The translations under genes were made by a program, and so were the position numbers. A stretch of 64,000 nt of DNA from an uncultured Planctomycetales bacterium. GTDB taxonomy: Bacteria > Planctomycetota > UBA1135 > CAZZHK01. The DNA is taken from the NCBI GenBank assembly GCA_964653725.1, contig CAZZHK010000014.1, positions 10,405 through 74,404 on the forward strand. Direction: 5' to 3'. Below are positions 25,864 through 34,523 of this stretch, piece by piece; position 1 is the stretch's first letter; every line of letters begins with the position of its first letter. The notes under the pieces were generated by a model. That model was not told where the DNA came from. It made no database searches and saw only the letters and a list, made by a program, of their open reading frames with translations.

Positions 25864-27810
25864 TTAGAGGATGTCCAGGATGCCGGCGCCCTCGCCGGTC
25901 AGCGTGCCGACCGAGGACAGGTAGTTCATGCCGACCTTGATCGGCGTGTTCCACGGCAGGTCATCCTTGTCGGAGACGATTCCGAGAGCCACGGCCGCGA
26001 ACCCGCGTGCCAGATCCACCTTCTCGGTGTCCTCCATCATCGCCACCAGGGGCGTGATGGACCGCGAGTCGCCGATGAAGCCCAATGCACCGGCGCAGGC
26101 CGCCTGGACCGCGACGGAACTCGCCTCGTCCAGCATGTCCAGCAGGACCGGGACCACCGTCTTGTCGCCGAGCAGCCCCAGGCCGATGGCGGCCTGCTGC
26201 AGCAGCTCCGGACGGCGCTTGGAGTCCTTGACCAGCTTTTGGATGGTGTCCAGCGTGGCCCGCGCGTCCATGAGGCCGAGCGACAGGGACAGGTAGCCCC
26301 GCGCATCGTCATCGTTCAGGGACAGGAGCTGCTTCTTGATCAGGTCCTTGGCTCCCTGGTCCTTGAGCAGGCCCAGCGAGACCCCGAAGCAGCCCAGGAA
26401 GGAGGGGTTCTTCATTTCCTCCAGCTGTTCGCGGATCTTCTCGGCCATGATTCGCGGCGGCGTCTGGCCAGCGTCGGCCATTTCGTAGCCGAGGATGCCC
26501 AGACTCAGGGCCGCCCAGGGCTTGAACATGTCCCGCCCGCGGGTGACCTGGCGCAGGAGGTAGTCCTGGCAGTCCTGGCCGCCGATGCGGCCCAGCGCGA
26601 TCGCAGCGAAGTTCTTGACCTCGTTGCGGCCCTTTTCGAACTCATGCTGCAGGCTGCCGACAATCTCCGCCCGCAGTTTCGGGTCGGTGTTCTCATCGGT
26701 CAGCTGTCCCAGCGCGATCGCACAGGACTGCTTGACGTACTGGTTGGTCTTCTTCGACTCCAGCAGTTCGTGCAGCACGGGCAACTTCGAGGAATCGCCG
26801 ATCCGCGCCATGGCAATGGGCACCTGGGCCCGCATCCACTGGTCGCCCTTGCGGTCCTCGAGCAGCGCCATGAGGACCGGGTCCGTCTCCACGCCTTCCC
26901 CGCCGACCAGGCCCCACGCGATCACCGCCGCAATGCGCGTGTCGCGGTTGGGGGACTTGTCGGTCTCGATGACCTCGAGGAGCACCTTGCGGATGTTCGC
27001 CTTCTCCTCCACGTCGGCAATCCGACGCCCGATCAGGCCCAGCCCGTAGGCCGCGAATGCCCGGGTGCGGAAGGGGACCCTGGTGCGGTCGCACGCAACC
27101 GCCCCGTCATCGTCATCCATCACCAGGTGCGTCAGCAGCGGGATGGCCACCGGGTCGCCCAGGATGCCAAGCGACACGGCCGCTGATTCCGAGATCTCCT
27201 GGTTGGAGGCCTTCAGCTTCTCGGCGATCAGCGGGCCGACCGTCTTCGGCTCCCAGCCAATCTTGCCGAGCGCGACCAGGACCGAGGAGACCACGTCCAT
27301 GGCCTCTTCCGTCTCCAGCGTTCTCAGCAGGGCGGGGATGACCTCGCCCTCGATCTGCTTCTTGGACGGACGCAGGGTGTCGCGGGCATCGCTCTTCTCT
27401 CCGCGTCCCATCCAGAAGTTCGCGTCGCCCGTCACGGGGCGGTCGGAGTGGATGTGCGCCTTCAGCTGCAGGAACGGATCCTGGTTGAAGCCCCACCAGA
27501 ACTCCCAGCGAGTCAGGTCCGGTCCGGAGATCATCGCGCCGCCCGTGGTCGGGCCCTTGGCCGCCGGACCGGCGGTGGGGGGACCGCTCGGACCAGGCGT
27601 GGTCGGGCCGGAGGGACCCGGCGTGGTCGGACCGCTCGGGCCGGGAGTGACCGGACCGGTGGGACCCGGCGTGACGGGGCCGGGACCGCCGCCACCGGGG
27701 GGAACCACGTCGCCCGGACCCTTGTAGGTGCCCCCGTGGGCCGCTGCAGGCATGGTCAGCGTGCAGCACAGGAGGGCGAGAACCGACAGCGAAGCGAGGA
27801 TACGTTTCAT
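25864..27810 (-). CDS. Secreted HEAT-repeat protein with a Pro/Gly/Thr octapeptide-repeat linker
   Basis: A signal peptide (MKRILASLSVLALLCCTLTMPAAAHG) is followed by the tandem repeat TPGP(S/T)GP(V/T). The remaining ~550 aa are HEAT-like repeats (..R..AA.ALG.IGD...V..L...L.D). Confidence 0.7.
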   Translation of the reverse strand: MKRILASLSVLALLCCTLTMPAAAHGGTYKGPGDVVPPGGGGPGPVTPGPTGPVTPGPSGPTTPGPSGPTTPGPSGPPTAGPAAKGPTTGGAMISGPDLTRWEFWWGFNQDPFLQLKAHIHSDRPVTGDANFWMGRGEKSDARDTLRPSKKQIEGEVIPALLRTLETEEAMDVVSSVLVALGKIGWEPKTVGPLIAEKLKASNQEISESAAVSLGILGDPVAIPLLTHLVMDDDDGAVACDRTRVPFRTRAFAAYGLGLIGRRIADVEEKANIRKVLLEVIETDKSPNRDTRIAAVIAWGLVGGEGVETDPVLMALLEDRKGDQWMRAQVPIAMARIGDSSKLPVLHELLESKKTNQYVKQSCAIALGQLTDENTDPKLRAEIVGSLQHEFEKGRNEVKNFAAIALGRIGGQDCQDYLLRQVTRGRDMFKPWAALSLGILGYEMADAGQTPPRIMAEKIREQLEEMKNPSFLGCFGVSLGLLKDQGAKDLIKKQLLSLNDDDARGYLSLSLGLMDARATLDTIQKLVKDSKRRPELLQQAAIGLGLLGDKTVVPVLLDMLDEASSVAVQAACAGALGFIGDSRSITPLVAMMEDTEKVDLARGFAAVALGIVSDKDDLPWNTPIKVGMNYLSSVGTLTGEGAGILDIL

Positions 27811-27978
27811 GGGGTCATCTTACGCAAGCGGCGTACCAGGTGTGAGAAACAGGAAGAAGATCTGCCAACCCCACTATCCCATTGGTGCGTCTGGGTTTCC
27901 GTCGGATGCTGCAAGTCTAGACAAGCCGGCATGGACACCGATGGGGGGGGACGCCGTCCACCGCAGGCAACACCCCGC

Positions 27979-28767
27979 TCATGCCTCCCGCGCCGATGCC
28001 TCCAGCAGGGTCCTCACCACGCCAGGATGGGCGGCCAGGAACCGCTGCTCGCGCGTCTCCGGGTGAAGCGGCCGGAGACGCCCAGGGCCGTCCAGGGCGG
28101 CGATCCGGAACCCTGATTCGCGCAGCAGGCAGGACACAGCGGCCAGATCCCACGGCCATCCGCCGTCGACGATCGCTCCGAGGCGCCCCAGCAGCAGCTC
28201 GCCGGCCGCGCTCACCACAGACCCCAGGGCCCGAATCTTGACCGGCAACCCGGTCAGGGTCGCCAGCAACGGGGGCAGCGGCTCCCGGCCGTACAAATGG
28301 AAGCCCACCGGCGTCGCCGGCGCCAGCGGCCCCCGAACGGCGGCCAGCTGCCGACGCCCGCACCAGGCACCGCCGCCCTTCCACCCGAACAGCGTCGCGT
28401 CCGAGGCATGCAGATGGACCGCACCAAGGATGCTTCGGCCATCTTCCACCAGACCGATGGACGTGCCCCAGAGCGGCAGCCCGGCCGCGAAGTTCGAGGT
28501 CCCGTCTATGGGATCCACCATCCAAATGCGGCCGCTGGTTCCCTCGTGAAACCCGTGCTCCTCGCCCAGACGACCGTCCCCTGGAAACCGCCGCGAAATG
28601 CGCGCCATCACCAGGTCCTCGACCGCCAGGTCAGCATCGGTCACGACGGACGCGTCGGCCTTGGAACGAATGCCGCGGGCGCCAACCCTGACCGCATGGC
28701 GAGCCCCCTCGCGCGCCAGACGCGCGGCCCACCTGGCGTCCGCCTCCGGACCGTCAGGAGCGGCCAA
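27979..28767 (-). CDS. Inositol monophosphatase family protein (SuhB-like)
   Basis: It carries the IMPase signatures LGEE, WMVDPIDGTSNF and WDLAA. The TTG start is uncertain, and the gene overlaps the sdhB 3' end. Confidence 0.8.
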   Translation of the reverse strand: MAAPDGPEADARWAARLAREGARHAVRVGARGIRSKADASVVTDADLAVEDLVMARISRRFPGDGRLGEEHGFHEGTSGRIWMVDPIDGTSNFAAGLPLWGTSIGLVEDGRSILGAVHLHASDATLFGWKGGGAWCGRRQLAAVRGPLAPATPVGFHLYGREPLPPLLATLTGLPVKIRALGSVVSAAGELLLGRLGAIVDGGWPWDLAAVSCLLRESGFRIAALDGPGRLRPLHPETREQRFLAAHPGVVRTLLEASAREA

Positions 28768-29491
28768 ACCAGCCCGCCACCATTCGCGCCAGGATCCTGA
28801 CAGGGTCGTAGAACCGGTCGGCTACACGTTCCTTCAGGGGGATGATCGCGTTGTCGGTGATCTTGATCCCCTCGGGACAGACCTCGGTGCAGCACTTGGT
28901 GATGTTGCAGTAGCCGATGCCGGCCTCGCTCCGCAGCCATTCCAGGCGGTCGTCCTCGTCGAGCGGATTCATTTCCAGCGCCGCTGCGAATGTGAACATC
29001 GCCGGTCCCGCGAACTTGTCCTGCAGGTCGTGCTCGCGCAGGACGTGGCATACGTCGTTGCAGAGGAAGCACTGGATGCACTTGCGGAACTCCTGCGACC
29101 GGTCGACGTCCATCTGCTGGACGTTGCGCCTGTCGGGCGCTACTGCCCGCATGGCGGGTACCGACGCATGGAACTGGAACGTGCGGCTGGTGTCGCTGAC
29201 CAGGTCCTTGACGTTCGGATAGGCCTTCATGGGGGCCACCGTGATCGGTTCCCCGGGCTCGCAGTCCTCCAGGCGCGTCATGCACATCAAGCGAGGCTGG
29301 CCATTGATCTCCGCGCTGCAGGAGCCGCACTTGCCGGCCTTGCAGTTCCAGCGCACCGCCAAGTCGGGCGCCTCAGTGTCCTGGATCCGGTGGACCGCGT
29401 CGAGAACCACCCAGCCCACTCCGGCCTCGACGTCGTAGTCGCGGTATTCGCCCGCATCCCCGTTCCCGCGCCAGATCTTCAGGTTCGCCAT
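28754..29491 (-). CDS. sdhB: Succinate dehydrogenase/fumarate reductase iron-sulfur subunit
   Basis: A 2Fe-2S motif (CKAGKCGSCSAEING) is followed by Cys clusters (CIQCFLCNDVC ... YCNITKCCTEVCP). The start at 29491 shares 1 nt with the sdhA stop. Confidence 0.9.
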   Translation of the reverse strand: MANLKIWRGNGDAGEYRDYDVEAGVGWVVLDAVHRIQDTEAPDLAVRWNCKAGKCGSCSAEINGQPRLMCMTRLEDCEPGEPITVAPMKAYPNVKDLVSDTSRTFQFHASVPAMRAVAPDRRNVQQMDVDRSQEFRKCIQCFLCNDVCHVLREHDLQDKFAGPAMFTFAAALEMNPLDEDDRLEWLRSEAGIGYCNITKCCTEVCPEGIKITDNAIIPLKERVADRFYDPVRILARMVAGWFGRS

Positions 29492-31299
29492 CAGTGCTGC
29501 CCTCCGGTTCGGCCCAGCGAGATCTCCTCGGCCACCTCGGCCGGCACCGGCTGGTGGGGGACCTCCTCGAGAAGGATCGCCTGGCCGTCCCACCGACAGA
29601 CGTTGTGGAACGTCTCGCCCTTGGCCTCGGTGTCCTGGAAGTCGGTCCGCGTATGGGCGCCGCGGCTTTCCCTGCGGTTCAATGCGGATGTGACGATGGC
29701 GTCCGCCACCAGGATCTGGTTTTCGAGGGCCAGCGCCTGGTGCCAGCCCGGGTTGTAGACCGGCCCGCCCGGGGCCGAGCAGTCCTGCGCCCGCTCTCGC
29801 ATTCGGACGAGCCCCGCCTTGGCCGCCTGCATGCCCTCCGCGTCCCGGACGATGCCGCAGTTCTCCTCCATGAGCGCCTGCAATTCGTGGGTCAGCGCAT
29901 AGGGGTTCTCACCGTCCGCCCGGTTCAGAGGCGCTGACGCGTCGCGCACCGCGGCCTCCACCAGGCCTGCGTCCAGGGTTCCTGTCACCGAACCGGCCGC
30001 CTCCGCAGCCTCCGCGCCGGACCGCCGCCCGAAGACCAGCAGGTCGGTCAACGAGTTGCCGCCCAGGCGGTTGGCGCCGTGCAGCCCGGCGGCTGCCTCG
30101 CCGCAGGCGTACAGTCCGGCCACCGTCGTCGCCGTCGTTTCGGGGTCCACAAGCAGCCCGCCCATCGTGTAGTGGCAGGTCGGGCCGACCTCGAAGGGGT
30201 CCCGGGTGATGTCCACGCCGCCCAGCTCGCGCAGCTGGTGGACCATGGCGGGCAGTCGGCGCTCGATGTCAGCCGTGGTCCGCATCGAGGCCACGTCGAG
30301 CCAGGCGCCGCCATGGGGGCTCCCGCGGCCGGCGTGGACCTCGGAACGGATCGCCTTGGCCACCACGTCCCGGGTCAGCAGTTCGGGCGGCCGCCTGGCT
30401 CCCTCCTTGCCTGCCAGCCAGTCCCGGGCCTCCTGCTCGGTGTCCGCCGTGTCCTCCCGGAACAGGTCCGGGATGTAGTCGAACATGAACCGCTTGCCCT
30501 CGCTGTTCTTGAGGATGCCGCCTTCGCCGCGCACACCCTCGGTGACCAGGATGCCCTGGACGCTGGGAGGCCAGCACATGCCGGTCGGGTGGAACTGGAC
30601 GAATTCGGAGTCGAGCAGTTTCGCGCCGGCCCGTGCAGCCAGCGCCAGCCCGTCCCCGGTGCACTCCCAGGAATTCGAGGTGGTCTTGTAGATCTTGCCC
30701 AGCCCGCCCGACGCGATGACCACCGCCCCGGCCCGGATGGCATGGAACGAACCGTCGCCGCGCAGGTAGCCCACGGCCCCGACCACACGGTCCCCGTCCC
30801 GAACAAGGGAAGTGATGGTCAGCTCGGGCAGGACATCGATGCCGGAGTGGATTCCCTTGTCCTGCAGTGCGCGGATCAGTTCCAGACCGGTCCGGTCCCC
30901 GACGTGCACCAGCCGGGTGAAGGTGTGGCCGCCGAAGTCGCGCTGGCTCATCTGTCCCGCCTTCGTGCGGTCGAAGACGGCGCCCCATTCCTCCAGCTCA
31001 TGGATGCGGTCCGGCGCCTCTTGGGCGTGGATCCGGGCCATGCGCCAGTTGTTCAGGAACTTGCCGCCGCGCAGCGTGTCGCGCATGTGGACCATCCAGT
31101 TGTCGTCCGAGTTCACGTGCCCCATGGCGGCCGCGGCGCCGCCCTCGGCCATTACCGTGTGGGCCTTGCCCAGCAGCGACTTGGTGACGATGGCCGTTCG
31201 CGCACCCGACCTGGAGGCCTCGATGGCGGCCCGCAAGCCTGCGCCGCCGGCGCCGACGACCAGGACGTCGCATTCGTGGTTCGTGATCTCGGCGCTCAC
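29491..31299 (-). CDS. sdhA: Succinate dehydrogenase/fumarate reductase flavoprotein subunit
   Basis: Motifs are DVLVVGAGGAGLRAAIE, SHTVMAEGG (FAD-histidyl region), FVQFHPTG and GLYACGEAA..LHGANRLGGNSL. I prefer the GTG start at 31299, which overlaps the sdhC stop. Confidence 0.9.
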   Translation of the reverse strand: MSAEITNHECDVLVVGAGGAGLRAAIEASRSGARTAIVTKSLLGKAHTVMAEGGAAAAMGHVNSDDNWMVHMRDTLRGGKFLNNWRMARIHAQEAPDRIHELEEWGAVFDRTKAGQMSQRDFGGHTFTRLVHVGDRTGLELIRALQDKGIHSGIDVLPELTITSLVRDGDRVVGAVGYLRGDGSFHAIRAGAVVIASGGLGKIYKTTSNSWECTGDGLALAARAGAKLLDSEFVQFHPTGMCWPPSVQGILVTEGVRGEGGILKNSEGKRFMFDYIPDLFREDTADTEQEARDWLAGKEGARRPPELLTRDVVAKAIRSEVHAGRGSPHGGAWLDVASMRTTADIERRLPAMVHQLRELGGVDITRDPFEVGPTCHYTMGGLLVDPETTATTVAGLYACGEAAAGLHGANRLGGNSLTDLLVFGRRSGAEAAEAAGSVTGTLDAGLVEAAVRDASAPLNRADGENPYALTHELQALMEENCGIVRDAEGMQAAKAGLVRMRERAQDCSAPGGPVYNPGWHQALALENQILVADAIVTSALNRRESRGAHTRTDFQDTEAKGETFHNVCRWDGQAILLEEVPHQPVPAEVAEEISLGRTGGQH

Positions 31300-32114
31300 A
31301 GCAGCCTCAGGTCCGTCCAGAGACCCATTGAGCACAACCGCACGTAGACGTCCGCGAAACCGACCCCGAACAGGCTGACCCAGGCCCAGCCCTGGTGGTG
31401 GGCATTGAGGGCGGAAACGCCCTTCCAGGCACCATGGCGGGCGCGGCCCGTCGGGCATTCCGAGAAGCACGACAGCCCGCCGCCGACCAGATGCCGGAAC
31501 GAGTGGCAGGAAAGCGTATAGCCGCTCAGGAACGTGGTGTTCGCGAACAGCACGAGTGTGCCCACGCCGATGCCGAACTGCGTTCCGCCAGTCTCATTCT
31601 CGAACCACAGCGCCTTCCAGACGTCGTGCCACAGCACGAACAGGAATGCGAGGGCCAGATACATGAAGAACCGATGCAGGTTCTGGATCAGCAGCAGCTT
31701 CGTCTCGCCCTTGTAGGCGTGGCTGCCCGATTCGCCCACGGCGCAGGCCGCCGGATGCTGGACGAAGGACCGATAGTAGGCCTTGCGGTAGTAGTAGCAG
31801 GTGAAGCGGAAACCGCCCGGTGCCCAGAGGATCAGCAGCGCCGGAGAGAATGGCAGCCACCAAGGCCAGGCCGAAGGCACTTCGCCGAGCCACGCATGCC
31901 CGGTCTCGACGCCGGCCGCGTGAAACAGCTCGGGCGAGTAGAACGGCGACAGGTAGGGACCGAACGAGTAGTGGGTCCCCTGGAAAGCCGCCCAGGTCGA
32001 ATAGACCACGAACGCCGACAACGCCACGACCGTGAACAAGGGCTGGATCCACCAGCGGTCGCGTCGCTGGGTGGCGGCGAATCCCTGGGTGTGCGCTGCG
32101 CTGGCCGTCGTCAT
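31296..32114 (-). CDS. sdhC: Succinate dehydrogenase cytochrome b subunit (single-subunit, b558-type anchor)
   Basis: It lies directly upstream of sdhA and sdhB. It has about five hydrophobic helices with conserved His residues. The start could be 32114 or 32180. Confidence 0.7.
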   Translation of the reverse strand: MTTASAAHTQGFAATQRRDRWWIQPLFTVVALSAFVVYSTWAAFQGTHYSFGPYLSPFYSPELFHAAGVETGHAWLGEVPSAWPWWLPFSPALLILWAPGGFRFTCYYYRKAYYRSFVQHPAACAVGESGSHAYKGETKLLLIQNLHRFFMYLALAFLFVLWHDVWKALWFENETGGTQFGIGVGTLVLFANTTFLSGYTLSCHSFRHLVGGGLSCFSECPTGRARHGAWKGVSALNAHHQGWAWVSLFGVGFADVYVRLCSMGLWTDLRLL

Positions 32115-32200
32115 GGGGGAGTGAGTTTCGCGGACCGCCCGCATCGGATCCACTCTGCAGAGTCTGGATTCACCCTGCATCCCCTGTCAAGAATCAGCCC

Positions 32201-32845
32201 ATGCAGCTCCACGCGGACTCCACACTCGTCCTGGCCTGCCGTCACGCCAGGGTGGCGGACGAGTGGGACGGGAAGATCTACGGGGACTTGGAAGTCCCCC
32301 TGTCGCCCGACGGCCTCGCGGCATCCCGCGACCTGCCGGCAAGGCTGCCCCCCGGCCTGTCCCTGGACGCCGTTATCTCGAGCCCGCTGGCCAGGGCCCG
32401 GGCGGGAGCCGATGCGGTGGGGGAGGCCACAGGGCTGAGCGTCATACCCGAGCCCGACGTGCGGGAGGTCCACCGCGCCTCCTGGCGCGGCCTGGGCTGG
32501 GACGAAGTCGGCCGCCAGGAACGCGACGCCTACCTGGCTGCGCCCGGCTCCTTCCGGGGACACGGCGGCGAGACCATGGAGGAGCTGCGCGCCCGGGCGA
32601 CCGCCGCCGTCCGCAGACACGCCGCCTCCCAAGCGGGCGGCACCATCCTGGTCGTCGCGCACCGCTGGGCGTGCAGTTCCCTGGCTCTCGAGGCCCTGGG
32701 CGCCTCCACTGACCGGATCCTCAACCTGACCCTGGATCCCCTGGGCCTCTCCGCATTCCTTGTGGACCCCCAGGGAGGCTTCACAATGCTCTGCTGGAAC
32801 CATCCCGGCCGATTGCCGCGCTTGGAGCCGTCAGCACTTACCTGA
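32201..32845 (+). CDS. Histidine phosphatase family protein (phosphoglycerate-mutase-like)
   Basis: An N-terminal RHA motif (LACRHARV) occupies the place of RHG. Other features are LSPDGL..., ISSPLARAR, GGETMEEL and VVAHR. Confidence 0.7.
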   Translation: MQLHADSTLVLACRHARVADEWDGKIYGDLEVPLSPDGLAASRDLPARLPPGLSLDAVISSPLARARAGADAVGEATGLSVIPEPDVREVHRASWRGLGWDEVGRQERDAYLAAPGSFRGHGGETMEELRARATAAVRRHAASQAGGTILVVAHRWACSSLALEALGASTDRILNLTLDPLGLSAFLVDPQGGFTMLCWNHPGRLPRLEPSALT

Positions 32846-32912
32846 CATAATCCCCGTTATGGGACGCCACAGCTGAGATGAGGAGGGGCCCCCTACGCAC
32901 CAATCGACCCCT

Positions 32913-34523
32913 CTATCCGGGCACTTCGCAGTTCACGACGTCCGCCGCGCCCAGCCCGGCCCTGCGCGCTACGCCCACACCAAACCGCAGCACCTCCATC
33001 TGTCCCGGGGCATGGGCGTCCGAGCTGATGGTGACGCGGCAGCCCGCCGCGACGGCCGCCTCGGCGTCCTCGGCGGACAGATCCAGCCGCGACGGCTGCG
33101 CGTTGATCTCCAGTGCCACTCCGTGTTCGGCGCATGCAGCAAAGACCTTGTCGCGGTCGAAATCCGACGCCTTTCGCCGGCACAGGATCCTCCCCGTAGG
33201 GTGGCCGACCACGTCGATCCTGCCGCTGGACACCGCACGCACGAGCCTCTTCGTCATCTCGCCGCTCTTCTGCCGCAACGCCGCGTGCACCGATCCCACC
33301 CGCCAATCCAAGGTGCCCAGAAGGTCGTCGGGCAGGTCCAGGGCGCCATCCGCCAGAATGTCGACCTCCACTCCCGCCAGCACCCGGAAGCCGTCGGGGG
33401 CCTTCGCGCCACGGATCCGGTCACGGTGGGCCGCCGCCCGGTCCGCATCCATGCCGTTGGCCACCGTGGTCGACACCGAGTGATCGGTGACCGCCAGCCC
33501 TGACAAGCCTCGACGGACCGCCTCCGCAACCATGTCCTCCACCGTTGAGGTGCCGTCCGTCTCCTGCGTGTGGCAGTGCAGGTCCACCACCAAGTCAGCC
33601 AGCTCCACCAGATGGCCGTGGTCCTCCCCTAGCACGTCGCTTTTGTGTCGCCTTTCCGGCGGCACGTAGGGCACTCCGGCCGCGGCGAACAGCGCCGACT
33701 CGTCCTCCGCCTTCCCGCCCCACGCCTTCCCGCAGCGTTCAGCCAGATCCCGAACAAACTCCTCAGGTCCTGTCGCTTCCAGCAGCGCCCTCCCGAAGGA
33801 CTTTTCGGCCACCAGAACCACCTCCATCGGCAGCCCGGAGCCCAGGTCCTTCGTCCATCGACCTTCGGACCCCGGCGCCCAGCCTTCCGACTCCAGACGC
33901 CCCCCATCCGCGCCTCGGTCCCTGCTGCGCGCCACCACCGCCGCGTCCCTGACGGTGTCCTCGAATCGGCGTGCACCACCGGCAAGCACCAGCCCTTCTT
34001 CGCGGCCCAGGACCGCGGCCGTCTCGCGCCACGCAGCCCAGGCCTCCGTCAGGAGCCAACGCCCGTCGAACTCCCTCAGGTCCCCGATGCCGCACAGGAT
34101 CTTCGCGGCCGATCGCTCCCCGAATCCCTTCATTTCCGCCACTCTCCCGGTGCGGCACGCGGCTTCCAGGTCGTGGAGCGTCTCCACGCCGAGTCCTTGC
34201 CACATGCGCCGCGCACTCTTGGGGCCCACCCCTTCGACCCGCAGCACATCCATGAGGCCCGCGGGCACCTCAAGCAGGGCCTCCGCCGCGGTCCGCGACG
34301 CCCCCGTCTCGATGATCTCTGCCACTTCGCCCGCGATGCCCTTGCCCACGCCGTCCAGGTCCGTGAGCGTGCCGGCGGCGGAGCGCTCCTCCAGGACCCC
34401 CTCCTTGGCCAACGGACGAAGCGCGCGCGCTCCGCGCCGGAAGGCGTTCACCCGGAACGGATTGGCCCCGGCAATTTCCAGCAGGTCCGCGGCCTGGTGA
34501 AGGGCGGCCAGGATGTCGGTCAT
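32913..34523 (-). CDS. polX: Family X DNA polymerase with C-terminal PHP phosphoesterase domain (PolX)
   Basis: The N-terminal helix-hairpin-helix/Pol-beta-like region reads LLEIAGANPFRVNAFRRGARAL ... GVGKGIAG...I ... VEGVGPKSA. The PHP domain reads DLHCHTQETDG...AVTDHS...G.EVDI...V.GSVH...HPTGR. The ATG at 34523 overlaps the upstream stop (ATGA). Confidence 0.85.
   Translation of the reverse strand: MTDILAALHQAADLLEIAGANPFRVNAFRRGARALRPLAKEGVLEERSAAGTLTDLDGVGKGIAGEVAEIIETGASRTAAEALLEVPAGLMDVLRVEGVGPKSARRMWQGLGVETLHDLEAACRTGRVAEMKGFGERSAAKILCGIGDLREFDGRWLLTEAWAAWRETAAVLGREEGLVLAGGARRFEDTVRDAAVVARSRDRGADGGRLESEGWAPGSEGRWTKDLGSGLPMEVVLVAEKSFGRALLEATGPEEFVRDLAERCGKAWGGKAEDESALFAAAGVPYVPPERRHKSDVLGEDHGHLVELADLVVDLHCHTQETDGTSTVEDMVAEAVRRGLSGLAVTDHSVSTTVANGMDADRAAAHRDRIRGAKAPDGFRVLAGVEVDILADGALDLPDDLLGTLDWRVGSVHAALRQKSGEMTKRLVRAVSSGRIDVVGHPTGRILCRRKASDFDRDKVFAACAEHGVALEINAQPSRLDLSAEDAEAAVAAGCRVTISSDAHAPGQMEVLRFGVGVARRAGLGAADVVNCEVPG

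Noticed and set aside
27065-27727. A plus-strand 220-aa ORF ending in a GP-rich, collagen-like sequence.
   Set aside because: It is the antisense image of the PG-rich repeat and HEAT region of the minus-strand gene 25864-27810. That gene has a signal peptide and coherent HEAT repeats.
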